The translations under genes were made by a program, and so were the position numbers. DNA of 64,000 bases from assembly GCF_964204645.1 (NCBI RefSeq), contig NC_134028.1, forward strand, positions 2,728,001 through 2,792,000, written 5' to 3'. Positions within the stretch are counted from its first letter, which is position 1. Each line of letters starts with the position of its first letter. Shown here piece after piece: positions 38,848 through 51,718 of the stretch. The notes beneath the pieces were generated by a model. It had not been told where the DNA came from, ran no database searches, and saw only the letters and a list, made by a program, of their open reading frames with translations. The stretch is from Tubulanus polymorphus (lineage: Eukaryota > Animalia > Nemertea).

Positions 38848-39083
38848 TGATCGCCATCTATTGGAATTTGGCTGAACTGACTAGACAGCTCTTACTTGTC
38901 TCACCGACTCTTCTTTAATCCCTTAAAATCACACTCGCCATCTAGTGGATATAAGGCATCATTACTGTAGTAGCATAGAAATCCACCCGATGGCGAGTCT
39001 GATTTCAGCACATTGAAGAAGAGTCAGTGAGACAAATAAGAGATGTCTAGTCGGTTCAGCCAAATTGCAATAGATGGCGATCA
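38848..39083. mobile_element. Fold-back (palindromic) MITE with ~100-bp arms
   Basis: The left arm TGATCGCCATCTATTGGAATTTGGCTGAACTGACTAGACAGCTCTTACTTGTCTCACCGACTCTTC is reverse-complemented with few mismatches at the right end (...CAAATTGCAATAGATGGCGATCA). Confidence 0.85.
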
Positions 39084-39624
39084 CGTTAGAAATCTTGATA
39101 TCCCTACCGTCGGGCACTGAGCATCACTACAAGATTATTCTGAATCAGAGTATCAGCAATTACTTACTTCGAACCCGCGACACCCCACCCTGTACATCAT
39201 CTTTTCAGCATCAGGACCACAGAATCAGCGACAATAATTACTGGATTCGAACCCAGGACATCCGCTTAGTATATTTATATACTTATTTATTTATACTCAG
39301 ACCCGTTACAGGTATTACAGGGACACAAAATTTACATATTTTATCACACGGTAGAAAATTTACAAATTCAATAATCTTGTTTAAATGAGCAAACGAGAGC
39401 AATCGACAACTTGCAATTAATTGCCACTTATGCTCATGACCGTACAGTGCTGCCACCATATTCGCGGTAGATCAACAACCTCCCTTTGATGCACGTGAAA
39501 TATCCACCACCCTGCCCTGCCGTTGACACTAACCCGGAAATAAAGAAGTGGCTCCTAGTTTTTCGAATTTTTTTCGGGCTGGATGTTCAATATCGTGGCC
39601 ACGCAAATATTGAATTTGTCAGCG

Positions 39625-42600
39625 ATGGCAGGAAGAAACGCGCCTGCACAGTCCCATGTTACCTTAAACAATTTCTTCATTTTCAATTCGACGTATGCTC
39701 CGAAAGAAGGCGAAGTACGTGAAGAATCAATGTAAATTCAAATCAAGCATGAATTGAACCTGAAACATCTGTAAATTCGTTTTTCTCGATTTCAGGAAGA
39801 AAATAAGATTATGTTCTATTTTCCACCAGCTACTGACATCGATACCAAAATTAAAGACATTGGTTTATGCGAGGCAGTTATCAAGTTTACGGAGTAAGAT
39901 TTTTATCAAATTTATTTATTTACTGTCAATTTCCACGATATCTTTGTAATCGAACTATCATGTCAATCGTTAATATTTATTAACATTTTATCCTAAGAAC
40001 ATTCTCGGACAAACCCTGCCAGTCAGTTCACTCGCAGAAACGTAGACAGATTTTCTACGAACCGGAGAAAGATTTCTGGATGGTGATGGTAAGATCCGTT
40101 TCTATTCCTTTCATCCCTTCCCCGATCACTCTCCCACTAAGATATTCATCATTGTGTTTACTAGAGTTTACTTTATTTCATACTGGATGTAGTCATCATT
40201 GGCTATTAAAAGATTTTATCATAACCCCAAACTTTGTTAACAAATTAAAACCCACAGTTGATATGTAGAAAAGTTTATTTTCTAACAATTTCAGGGTTGA
40301 ATCTAAACCCCATCTTCAGAGAAGTTAATATCAATTAATTGATCAATTTATTTGATTAGAATCCGTTTACTATAACCAAAGTTTGTTGTTATGAATTCCA
40401 GCAGTATCCTTCATACCAATCGTGTATTTCAGACAGTCAATATTCCGACCACTGAGAAAATAAAAGATGGTCAACCACATACAGAATATTTAGAAGACGA
40501 TGTTCAAGATCATATCTACGAAAGCGTCCTAAAACAAGCTTATAAAATGTTCCGAGTATGTTCTAACTTTGTGAAAAATTTCTGTATCATTATGATATTC
40601 CAGTGATGATGATTCAATTCCTGTGTTTGTGTTTCTTTAGTTATTTATGGGCAGTTTTTACAGCGTTTGTAAAAAGGGAAACGTACAAAGCCTAAAACAG
40701 AGATTCGATCATTTCTTTTCACGTGTAAGTTCATCTGAACAGTCGGATTTATATTGCAGTTTGATTCACCAGTCTTACATCGTTATGCTTATTTGATTTC
40801 AGTATTTGTTGACTCTGAAACTAAACACCTGTGATTTGCTGGATGTATTCAATGGTATTCACTTTCTGCCTCTGGATAAAAACACTTATCTTCAAATTCA
40901 GTGCTTCATCAACAACCTAGAAGCCACATTTCCACAGATTCACTACTCGGCATTTCTCTACAATGATCAACTTGTTTGGTAAGTTTAGCAGGAGTATTGA
41001 CACGTGACTTGATGACAATTTTAGAAAATGTATTGAATCTAATTAAATTGTATCATTGATTGTACAAATAGATGAAAAAATGGCATCCTTCCTTGTGTAT
41101 GCACCTCCTATCTTACGTACACTAGTTGATTAAAAACTTAACACTTATGCCGGTGTAAATATCATCAGAGTTTTTTTCCTCAACCTGGTCAAATAATCAA
41201 GACTACTACAACCTAGTGCATTATGATTCGTTAAGGACATGTGCTTTCCTGTAATAGCTACCTAGCTATGTATGCAGATCATAACTACGCTTTTTGACAT
41301 AAAGGTCATTCCTCATTGACTCGCCTACGTACTTTATGAATGGTCCATTGTTGTAATTTATTCAGGAGTGGTTTAGAACAAGAAGACATGCGTATAATGT
41401 ATAAATATCTGACGACGAGTTTGTTCCCGCCGTTCACTGAACTCGAGTTACAAGGCAGCAGTCAATCGTCACCGTCTGCTAGCAATCAAACAGGTGCTGT
41501 ACATTACGGTCGATTCATTACGGGACCCGCAAATTTAAACGATGCCAGTAATATCGGAAAAGTGCCTCGAGTTTTCGTCAATACTGATTTGCAAAGCGAA
41601 GAATGTCATCTATTGGTCTATAAAGCACTAAGCGCAAACGTTTGCCTTCTTGTTGATGGTGAGTGCTGTACATTTAATTTTGCCTTACTAACATGTTATA
41701 ACATGTGATAATTATGTTGTAACATAACTAAATTAACATGTTTTCCTATCTATGACTCGCTTACCTCGGACCAATTTTACCGGTCCCAGTTTGTTTGAGT
41801 TAGGCAAGGTTTACTGTATTTAGAACTTTGACTTCCACATGTGCACTGTATTATATGTGACTACTTGATAATTTAGACACATCCACCTTATAAGACCAAG
41901 TTTATTGTATTTTGCTTGAAAACGTAATTTGTTAATCTCGTCTAAATTTTCAGCCTCTTTTCAAATGGATCTTGAGTTCTTTAGGAAACTGGACAGTTTT
42001 CTCGGACCACAATTGAGTGAGCTAGCGTCTGGTATTAGTGAACAGTACGCAAAAAGACCTCCTAGGTGACTAGAAAATATTCATCCGCTGAAATTGGTAT
42101 AAAAATTTGCTGAACAAAATGATCAAGTTTTTGATATTCTGACTTTTCAGCGGGCATTCAGATCCACAAATACGCTACATATATTTCAACCACATGAATT
42201 TAGCTCAGAAAACGACGTTACACTCAGATGGAAGGAAATCACCGAACGTGACGACTCCGCCGGAGATATTACGACTGATAGGTGATATCAACCATGATAT
42301 GACCAGGTGAACATTGAATTCATTACTAAATTGAAATTCAGTTATTTCACGTACAGCATGTTTTATGAAATTCTGTTCTGCCTTGTAGAACGTGTGAGGA
42401 TGGAGAAACTATAATCAAAACGTGTTCAGATTATTGGGTTGTCGGTAAAAGGTCCGACCAAAGAGAATTCTATGTGGTCATTTATCAAAAGAATGCTAAT
42501 TTGATACTTATCAACGGTGAGTAGATCAATCAATTTTCTGATCGTTGCAAGACATTAATTTAGCAATTTCGAAAACAAAAGTTCTTCGAAGTCAGATTTA

Positions 42601-42683
42601 GTAGTAGTCGTTTTATCTCTATTTCAGAGGAAGTCAAGCGATTGTGTGCTAGTAATTTCAGCAATATTTTCTTTCTAGATTGA
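39625..42683 (+). CDS. CCZ1: Vacuolar fusion protein CCZ1 homolog (Mon1-Ccz1 Rab7 GEF subunit), 11 exons, ~468 aa
   Basis: Exons 39625-39714, 39796-39893, 39998-40088, 40433-40555, 40641-40724, 40803-40978, 41366-41658, 41954-42065, 42151-42306, 42389-42516 and 42628-42683 join in frame (1407 nt) with GT-AG sites. Motifs FFIFNSTYAPKEGEEENKIMFYFP, IGLCEAVIKFT, FLPLDKNTYL, WSGLEQEDM, YIYFNHMNLA, DYWVVGKRSDQREFYV and C-terminal NIFFLD match CCZ1. Confidence 0.96.
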
Positions 42684-42821
42684 AATAGATAACCGTTAGA
42701 TAGATAACTGTTCGAGTTTGTGAGAATGTTTTCTAGTCATAATCCAATTTCATTTTATACATGATATTCTGTCTGTTATGTAAAAATGTAATAAGTTATA
42801 CTGTGTAAATATGATTATAGG

Positions 42822-42827
42822 AATAAA
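42822..42827 (+). terminator. Probable CCZ1 polyadenylation signal
   Basis: AATAAA ~140 nt after the stop codon, followed by T-rich sequence. Confidence 0.55.
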
Positions 42828-43173
42828 TGATATTTATTTTTCTAATGTATTTCTGCGTTATCTAAGTTAGAAATGTGGTTTTATGTTGCAACGACCAAGG
42901 TGGAAATCACATTAGGACACCTATAGATAGAGGTGCATCGTAGGATACGGGGTTTGAGCATTGAGTTTTGAGCCCACCCGGCTGTGACTGCAAGCGGGCA
43001 AGGAATCGGATGGTGCTGCCACCACCGAACGATTCTATAACTAAAAGTTTGTTTTGCAACTGTAGTGACTGTGAACGAGTCACCGACTCGCTAAGATCGT
43101 GGAGAACACATTTTGACATTTCGGGAGGTGTTTGTTCGAATATTGTCACAGTTTTTACTATTTCAACCAAAAG

Positions 43174-46100
43174 ATGAGCGAAAGGAAACTGATTATTCTA
43201 AACAGACAGGCTGAACAGCAGCCGTGGGGATTCAGATTACAAGGAGGCAGTGATTTTAAGACGCCTTTATCCGTTCAGTCGGTGAGTCATCGTGATCACG
43301 TCAATCTTAGAAAAAAGTTTTTGTAAATGTTCAATCAATATATTTTATTGATATTACCATAAAATCACACATATGAAGTTTTAACATATCCCGATGCATC
43401 TAATAAGAGTCTTTTAAATTGTGTAGGCTTATAAAATTGAATATAACACTAATGGTATGTTATTTTTTTAACTGTTTTGTGGGACTTCTTACTGTTCTAG
43501 GTGACTCTTCTTTTTTTGGGCTCTTAATTTTAGTGTTTCTGGACATTAACTTTTTGAAGCAACTCATTTCACTTTGGGTTTAGATAGTTTTGATTGAGGT
43601 TAACTCTTTTGAGGCAACTTTTCTTACTTATGTTTCTGGGAGGTAAACCCTGACTAGGCTAGGTTAGGTTAGGTTACATAGTTTTAGTTGAGTTCATTTT
43701 AACCTATTCCATTTTATTATCTAGTGTCAGCCTGGCAGTGTATCTGAAGCATCAGGATTATTTCCCGGTGATGCTGTCCTTCGAATTAATAATCTACCGA
43801 CCGACAATATTAGTCATGACGAAGCCAAACAGGAAATTTTGAAATCTGGAAATATTGTTGAATTAATGATTGAAAGGTAAAATGAAGAACCCATAGCTGG
43901 TTTATTAATGATCTTTACAAACGGAATATAAGTAAAATTCTGGCAGGTTTTTTGATTGGTCCTTACTAATTCTGGATTACTCTTCTGGCGCATAGGCCTA
44001 TATTTCAACCAGAATAAGCTTATGCTTTACCTATTCCGGAATAGTGTAAATCCTAAAACCTGATACAAATGGCCAGTGGCGTTTTTAATCCGGAATTGGT
44101 ATTCCCAAACTGGAATACGTTTAATGGAAACCTGTCTAAGGTTTATTGGTTCATCATCATATTTCTGCTGTATTTGATGTTCGTATTTAGAGTATATCTC
44201 GTGTGTTAAGTTGTTCGTCGGTGAATTTTTTTCAGAGGAGGAGCTACGATCTGGCGTCCACAGGTGACTCAACTGTCCAATATTAAACCACATCAACCGA
44301 ACACACAACAGTTTCATCACGATTCTGAGCCGGTTTATACGAAAACATCACTGAAACATGATCATCAGGTAATTACGTCTACTAGGCATTATACCCTCTT
44401 GTCGGTTTCCCGATGATGTGCCAATTCTTACATTGGCAGACGCAGTTTTGTTTAGAAAATATGAAACTCACTGTTTTTTAAGAACTACAGTAAATGTGAC
44501 CCAATTGTATGTATGAAAGTGGAATTTAAAATCAGCAATTCAAGAATCTGTTGTAGAAATATTCTATTCTTTATAGTATCAATTTATTACACGAACTGGT
44601 ATGAGGGTTTGTATGATGATAGTGTGGTATGTGCAACCACTCTCTGCTGCTCAACCAACAGCTACGGGTAGCTCTCCTTTAGCTCTATGTGCGATGCATA
44701 GATTATAAATTCTATCCGATTTCACTGTGGAGTATATATGTGTGTGTGTAGGTGTTTGCTTGAGTTATTTTCAGCTCTCAATCTATTTCTATTGCAGCTT
44801 AGCCTGTATTTGATCCTATAAGCTGATTATCATTCTACGCCAGTCTATCATGAAAGTCCTGCTCTAATGAAAGATGAGGATAAAATTAAACGACATTAAA
44901 AAACTGTCTTCTAAACTGGCCATATTTTGATTGAATAAAGAATTTAAAAAAACTTTGAAATAAATCATAAGAAAAATTGTTAGAAGGTGCTCAAAGAAAT
45001 GTCTCGAATTGAAAGGGGACTTTTAAGAAAGCTGTTGGCCTAAGGGAAATTCCTTGTCTCCCTGCATCTTCCCGTATAAAAGGTTTTTTCAATTCAAGTG
45101 ATGAATTACTTTTTTCTCACTGTTTTTAGGAATCATTGAATATTGGAAGTAGTCACAATCGTAGCGCGGCACCGTACGGCAGTAGAAGGCACGGCTCAGG
45201 ACCCGAGATCGTTCACGCTCAGTTTAATTCTCCAAAAGGACTTTATTCTAATAAGAATGCTGAAAGCGTCTATCAGAAAGCTGAACAAGATCTTGCCCAG
45301 TACGTATCTATATAAATTACAAATGCTTAACACCCATAAAAATCTTAATATGGGACATACGAAGCAAGTCCAGATGCATTAGACAACTAAAAAAGGATCA
45401 GTAATTGAGGTCACATGAAATGATTCCCTCACACTTATTGTACCAGGGTAATATTGATTTCCAGTAGATTTACTTGATTGTTCAACGCAGACCTTCCTTT
45501 ACTAGATCGAATTCAAATCCTCTCATCACATGTACCACCAATCGATATTAAATTGATGTTCCTACAGTTTTGGGCAAATATCATTTTGAATCTTCTTAAA
45601 TCATAGTGATGGACACCAGCGCGACTCGGATGAGGTACAACATTTAGGTTATTCAAACCCGAATACCCAATCACGTTGTTTTCGTCGGTTAGAACATGAC
45701 CTTGAGTATGATGGGGAAGGTCATAGCCCCAGTGGTGAGTAGAGGTGTTCGGCCTGCTGCTGCTGCTGCTGATGCCTGTAATGTAGCATTCAGCGAACTG
45801 ATATGTAAGATTGTTTTCCAATCAGCGGCAGCATTTCAATCAAAGTTATTTAATTCTTTCCACCAAATCGAAGCAAAAGTTTAAGGAATTGGAAAACAAC
45901 TTTTTATCAACCTGAATTTTAGGTGCACCTCGGTACGATATTAGGTTTACAATATATAACCATCTCACTATAGTAATGTGTAAACAGTCAGTACCACGTC
46001 AGTCAGTCAGTCATCGCTGCTTGCATGTTATCACTAATTTACCACACAAAGCCTTTGCCCACTTCGACTTAGTGTAAATATCTTCCAATTCTATACATTG

Positions 46101-48198
46101 TGCTTGTATCTGGTATTTGCGGAAATATTTGCTTAAATACAACATTCTTGTAATTCTTTCACTTATTTTCTGATAATGTGGGGTCAAACGAGTTCAGTAT
46201 TGGAATACAGGCCCAGATACCTGTGGGTTAGGGGAGAGGGTCTCGGTTATTGTATGAATAGTGTGATCCGGGTAGATATAATTTTAGTTCAATGAAATGG
46301 CGATTGTCTCTTCAGTTCTTGTGCAAGAGATGAATGCTAGTTCGTTTAGATTTAGGAGTGCTACGAGGAATTGTTACTGGATTGATTATAGAAATAGATG
46401 TATAATAAACCATAAATGCCTGGTTTTTTGTGAAGTATGTGTAGCTCGGGAAACAGACTCTCGGTCTTGTTATTTCATTTAAATTATCGTTGAAAGTTTT
46501 TAATAGATTTTTGATTTTCATTTGATTTTTCCATACAGGATGACGGGTAAGGCAGTATTAATTAGTATGGCCTCGAGTTTATTTGTTTGTTTCTTTTTCA
46601 TTTTCATTCAAATCGCTTTAGAAAGCTGATAGTGACACTACTACTTACTGTTGAACATCTCCTGCTCCTGTCTTGTTTTCAACCCTGCTCCTCCTTTTTT
46701 TCGCGTTATTCCTTGGTTTTGAAAATTTGAAATATACTATATGTATCTTATTCTGGGCTCGGATATTGTTGGGGAGTTGGGTTATTTGATGAAATTCTCT
46801 CATTTAAGCAAATCATTTTGGTTTGTTCTGCATCCATTGCTCTTGATAACTTACAGCATTGGCTTATAATTTTGCTTTCATCACTGAATACATAGTTCTT
46901 ATAGTATAATCATCATATGATATGATATTGAATTATATTTGCCTGATGTTTCTTTTCTTTTAATATCTGCATAACTAACAAATCACTGAAGTATGCTTCA
47001 TATTTCTGCTATATTTTATGTATAATACTTTGTTACCTCATTTTAATCTCCTCAATTTTCACTATTTAATTCTCTTTATACATTAACTACGTGCCTACAT
47101 AATAAGTTTTCTGATGTTTTGTTCATTCTCAATTTACTGGCTTGATTATGATTAAGTACCTGCATTAATCGAATGAAGAATATGCTATGATTCTCTGAAG
47201 TTTTGAAACTCATCATTTCTTTCGCATAGGTCAACCATACCAACCGCAGACAAGAGCTGGTGCTGGCCCGGCGGGATTCCGTAGTGTAATGGCCCCGACG
47301 CCGAACACTCAACCTGCCCAGCAACCTGCTACTCAACTTATGAGATGTGGGGCTTGTGACGGAACAATCATGTAAGTATCCCTGAAACTAGTTCCACAGT
47401 TATATTTTCACTGTCGCAGGGTTCGTTACAGTAATTAATTGATTTTTCGAGGTTTTGAATAGCAGTGATTTTTGAAAAAGGACCTTGGAAATGAAGAAAG
47501 ACTGTAAAAATTGGAGGTGGTGGTCAAAAACAAATTATTAATGTAATGAATCCTTCAAAATGGCTTAGAAGATGCCATTAAAAAAAAAACAACTTTTTTT
47601 TCAAAACTTTCATTTTGCCAGACATGAAACATAGGTGATGCGTTATTAGTTCTGTTTTTGTCAATTTTTCAGCGGTGTATTCGTGAAAGTAAAAGGAATA
47701 CCGATGCATCCCGGTTGTTTGAAATGTGTTCGATGCGGAGTTAATCTGAAAAATGTTGGTAAGTTTTTCGCAATGAAATACAAAAGCGATATAAATTTCT
47801 GTGACGAGATCGAGATCGAAACTTTCGGCTCTTGAAGAACCACTATACTCCTGGGGCCGGCGCGGGAAACCGTGTTAGTGCTAACCGTGGATAGCGAACA
47901 GTGGTTAGGCACAAATGGGCACAGGAAAACACTGCCAGCTAACCATTGTCTTCGTGTGGCTTCTTATCTTAAGCTGGGTAGGCTAACCACGCACAAGCCA
48001 CTAACCACGGTTAGGCTGTATAGGTTTTCCTGCGCCCACCCCAGGTTCTGTTGAGAGAACCTATTTTGTAATGGTGGTTTTTCTCGTATATCTGCAGGTT
48101 ATTTCTTCATCGAAAATCAACTGTATTGCGAAACTCATGCTAAGCAAGCGACAAGACCAGGCTACGGAGGTTACACTGCTGAAGTACAATACAAGTAA
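43174..48198 (+). CDS. PDLIM3: PDZ and LIM domain protein, ALP subfamily (PDLIM1/2/3/4-like, Zasp-related), 8 exons, ~339 aa
   Basis: Exons 43174-43281, 43725-43876, 44236-44368, 45130-45299, 45607-45734, 47230-47371, 47673-47758 and 48098-48198 join in frame (1020 nt). N-terminal PDZ (PWGFRLQGGSDF), IGSSHNRSAAPY, ZM motif (IVHAQFNSPKGLYS), QSRCFRRL, GFRSVMAP and one LIM domain (CGAC...HPGCLKCVRC...GYFFIENQLYCETH). The symbol is a subfamily proxy, not proven one-to-one orthology. Confidence 0.92.
47850..48045. mobile_element. Intronic PIF/Harbinger-like MITE
   Basis: CCTGGGGCCGGCGCGGGAAACC versus the reverse-complemented 3' end CCTGGGGTGGGCGCAGGAAAACC. CTG/CAG flanks and internal CTAACC/GGTTAG repeats. 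Confidence 0.7.
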
Positions 48199-48877
48199 AA
48201 AGTAAGGATTGCGTCGAGATATTTGTCAAGTCAGTCTTTTATCGTTGAGCCGAAAATGTCAAGGTTAAAATATGATTTATATACGAATATAATAGTTATT
48301 TTTATGGGAATTTTAGTTTGAGGAATGCCATCTAGTAGGCAGCACTGTCTAATGAGTTGAATGTATCTATTATTATAGGTAAGTCAGTCGTCTGTATAGT
48401 GGTTTATATATCAGTTGAGGAGAATGCATATGAAACCCAGTGGAGTCTAAAACCAGGGGTTGTATAGAATACCTCTGCTGTACTAATGTAATACCGGATA
48501 AATTCGCGCTTCCATCATTAAAAGAACATATACACCCGACTGACTCTGACTCGCTCGCTCGCTCGTAGACCAACCCATCAGCAGCGACGACGATGATGAT
48601 GAGAACTGATGTGCAGACTTCGACCTCAGTTATCTTCTGTTTATAATGAATTTTAAAAATGATTGTTCGGTGCAGTAGTACCTGAATGTGTTTACAAGTG
48701 TGAACCTTCTTACCCAAACTCTTAACGAAATTTAAGCGGATCAGATATCTGTATATCAAACAGTCCAATACACGCGTTATGAAAATTTATCGAAAGTTCG
48801 TATTGTGTTTGTATCCGATTAATTATTATTTCTAAGTTCATTTTAACGAAGTTCTATTGTAGGAGTTTGTCCTGTAA

Positions 48878-49196
48878 GGGGATCATCCATTCACAAAGGT
48901 ACCGGGGTAGTCTCCTGGAAGAAATCTAATTTCTCAAATGCATGTACATTGGATCGATAGAAAATTAAAAGCCTATCTACAGTAGTCTCCGTTTACCCCT
49001 TATATGATAAGGATAATCGCGTGCTCCGGATGATATGTTACAGATTTTCTTACTCCATTTCATGGTGATAACCACCCATCCAAGCTCTGACTTCCCCAGA
49101 ATCTGCGCACCGGTACCTCTGAGAGAATTGGTCCAGCGAGATCTGAGGCAAGCAGTCTCTTGTACCGTACATTCGCATGATAATGGATGATCGCCC
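48878..49196. mobile_element. MITE downstream of the PDZ-LIM stop codon
   Basis: TIRs GGGGATCATCCATT and AATGGATGATCGCCC, followed by (AT)n at 49201. Confidence 0.55.
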
Positions 49197-51718
49197 TGTG
49201 ATATATATATATATATATATATACACAGTGCTAAAATGAAATATTTCTGCTGTAAGATTTAGTCTTCCTAATATGGGGGATCAGGTGTTTGATGTTCTTT
49301 TGATATGTCTGAATTGTGATAAACATACATGTATACTGCTTACATGTTATTTGTATTAATACATTTTCGACTGCAGCATTCAGATAGAAAAGTCCTAATT
49401 TCAGTCTTAAGCTGTTTTTGTCTCGAGAGTTCGCTTTGTAACTAATGTGTCCATTGAATCAATGAGTATACTACGTGTACCCGGTAAATGACGAGGCATA
49501 TTCCTCCATATTTATATATACTTGTATGTATGAATGATTATGCAGTAACCCGCACCTCCGAGATTTTGGTGCTGTGAGACAATGGCTTAACTAATCCATA
49601 CCTATTCACATCTATCGTCTGTCGTCTAATGTGGACAAAAAATAACATAGATTCTACTAGAATAATGTAGTTTAGTTACATTTGCGACTTGTTTGACAGT
49701 TTGTATGTCCAGTGACTAATTCAATAGTTTATTAGAAAAATACTCAGCTGCCAGTGCTCGGTTTTTGCATGTATATCTAGTCTTTCAATATACTCTTGTA
49801 AACTAGACATTTCACGTATTCTACTCTTCAATTATTATATTAAGATAAACATGGATTATTTATGTTATTATAGAGGTTATGTGCAGAGATTCTCATCAGG
49901 AAGTTGTGAAAGTGTATGTAAGAGTTGGATATTGAATCTATCATTGATTTCTTCACCTCTTCAAATCAGTAGAGCTTTAAACGATTAGAAACATAGATGA
50001 TTATTGTTCATCATAAAACCTTTCGAAATTTAGTGGAAAATTGACATATATGTAAAGTTATGAGATCAGTGGTGCTAAACATTTTTACATCGAGATTGTA
50101 TCAGTCTTTTTAATGAGAAATTATCATTAACTGTGTTGTAAATATCATTTCAATGATGCCATATGTTGGTGCTCCCTCACGTAATCAAGGAATGTTTCTT
50201 ATCCGGCTAAGATCTTTTCGTTATAGACTTTATTAATATTGCTACATATTATGTTCACCAATTTAGATAATTAATGTAATGAACAAATAAATATTGCATT
50301 ATTTGCTATTCTTTATTTACAACGGATAAATTGTTACTTTCATGTTTTTATCGTGGTGATGGGAAGCGAATCTTGGTTTCTGTACATGGAATTCTTCTCT
50401 TGGAATTAAAAAGATACGCGGCTTTGTCATAAGAGTTCTAGGAAAAGAACTCCAGTGTAAAATCACCTGCCATAGTTCGAACCAACGGGTAATCGTCCTT
50501 CGCCTAGGAAAACGACTGTATCACGGTACATGATGGATGATGACCATTCCTTCTCTAGAAAACGTAATCCTCGCAGATTTCCTCCATCACAAAATCTGGA
50601 TCCAGAAAGAAAAACGAACAACGAACAATGTTTTTAAAGACAACACGTGTATCATATCTTTTTACAATCAGTTGAGTATGGATATAATATCGATAGATCT
50701 CAAAATAATAACGATTTCGCGTTTTAAACACGATCGAGTCCATTCATAGTTATGACTGGTAAGCTTTGTTAATAATGATGATAATTAGTAAATAATTGAT
50801 AATTGTGTTAAATATGATTTAATATGGAAATACTGTTGTTCTTCTAACTAAAACCTTTATTGAAATTTAGCACCAATTGACCAGACAGACCCCGTTTAAT
50901 AGCGGCTGCGACTCCCAACGTTATTACAAAACTATCCACCTATGAATAAAATAGACATCCAATAAAAAGAAATCTTCCTGCAGTTTGGACAAATAAACTA
51001 CAGTCGATCCGACCTGGGGCAAAAGCTCCGGGCAGCGTTCCGTACGTATTTCAGCGCGTAGCAAAAATATGTTTCTTTATATCGTGTTGTGCGCTGTGCA
51101 TGTATAATGTGTCATTCAAAATTCTATGCACCCGCTTAAAGATACTTTCAAGCCCTTCCATGATACATCTTTTACCGAAATTCCAAAAATATAACTTAAA
51201 TTGCCAGTTACTGGGTTAAACGTGTGAAAACAAGGAGGTAATTGAAAAGTGTCGAGTTCCACCACATTCGTGCGCGCGAAATTTGTTGAATCGAGTTTAT
51301 TTAGGGATAAAGCACGTGCTGCTGAGTTTACGTGAATAAATAATCATGCCACGTTTTAATTAACATCTTCTTATCGTGTTTGAATTTATAAATAGCTCGG
51401 TTCGTAGGCGGAAAATATATCTTATTTCACACATTAAATTCTAAACATAGAATGTTTTGATTATAAAACACATCATATCATACGCGTCCTTCACGTCACG
51501 TATCCAGAAATTGAGATTGGTGTTAAAATCCTACGAAATGAGACGGGTTAACTTCGTTATCTTTTGCAAGCACATCAGAGGCGAGGGATTGCAATTAGCT
51601 TTATTGCGGTAGTTTATGTTGAAACACACTCTCCAACCGTTCGTCAAAAACCGCAGATTAAAGAGTGTGAATCAGGGTTGAGTATTTGCACATTCATCGG
51701 TTCGCATTCCGGTTTAGT

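Noticed and set aside
38720-39265. Functional tRNA genes
   Set aside because: Only B-box/T-arm-like pieces are present. No A-box, acceptor stem or cloverleaf could be built.
50537-50749. Short overlapping ORFs between the convergent genes
   Set aside because: No motifs or supporting splice structure. Likely UTR or intergenic sequence.
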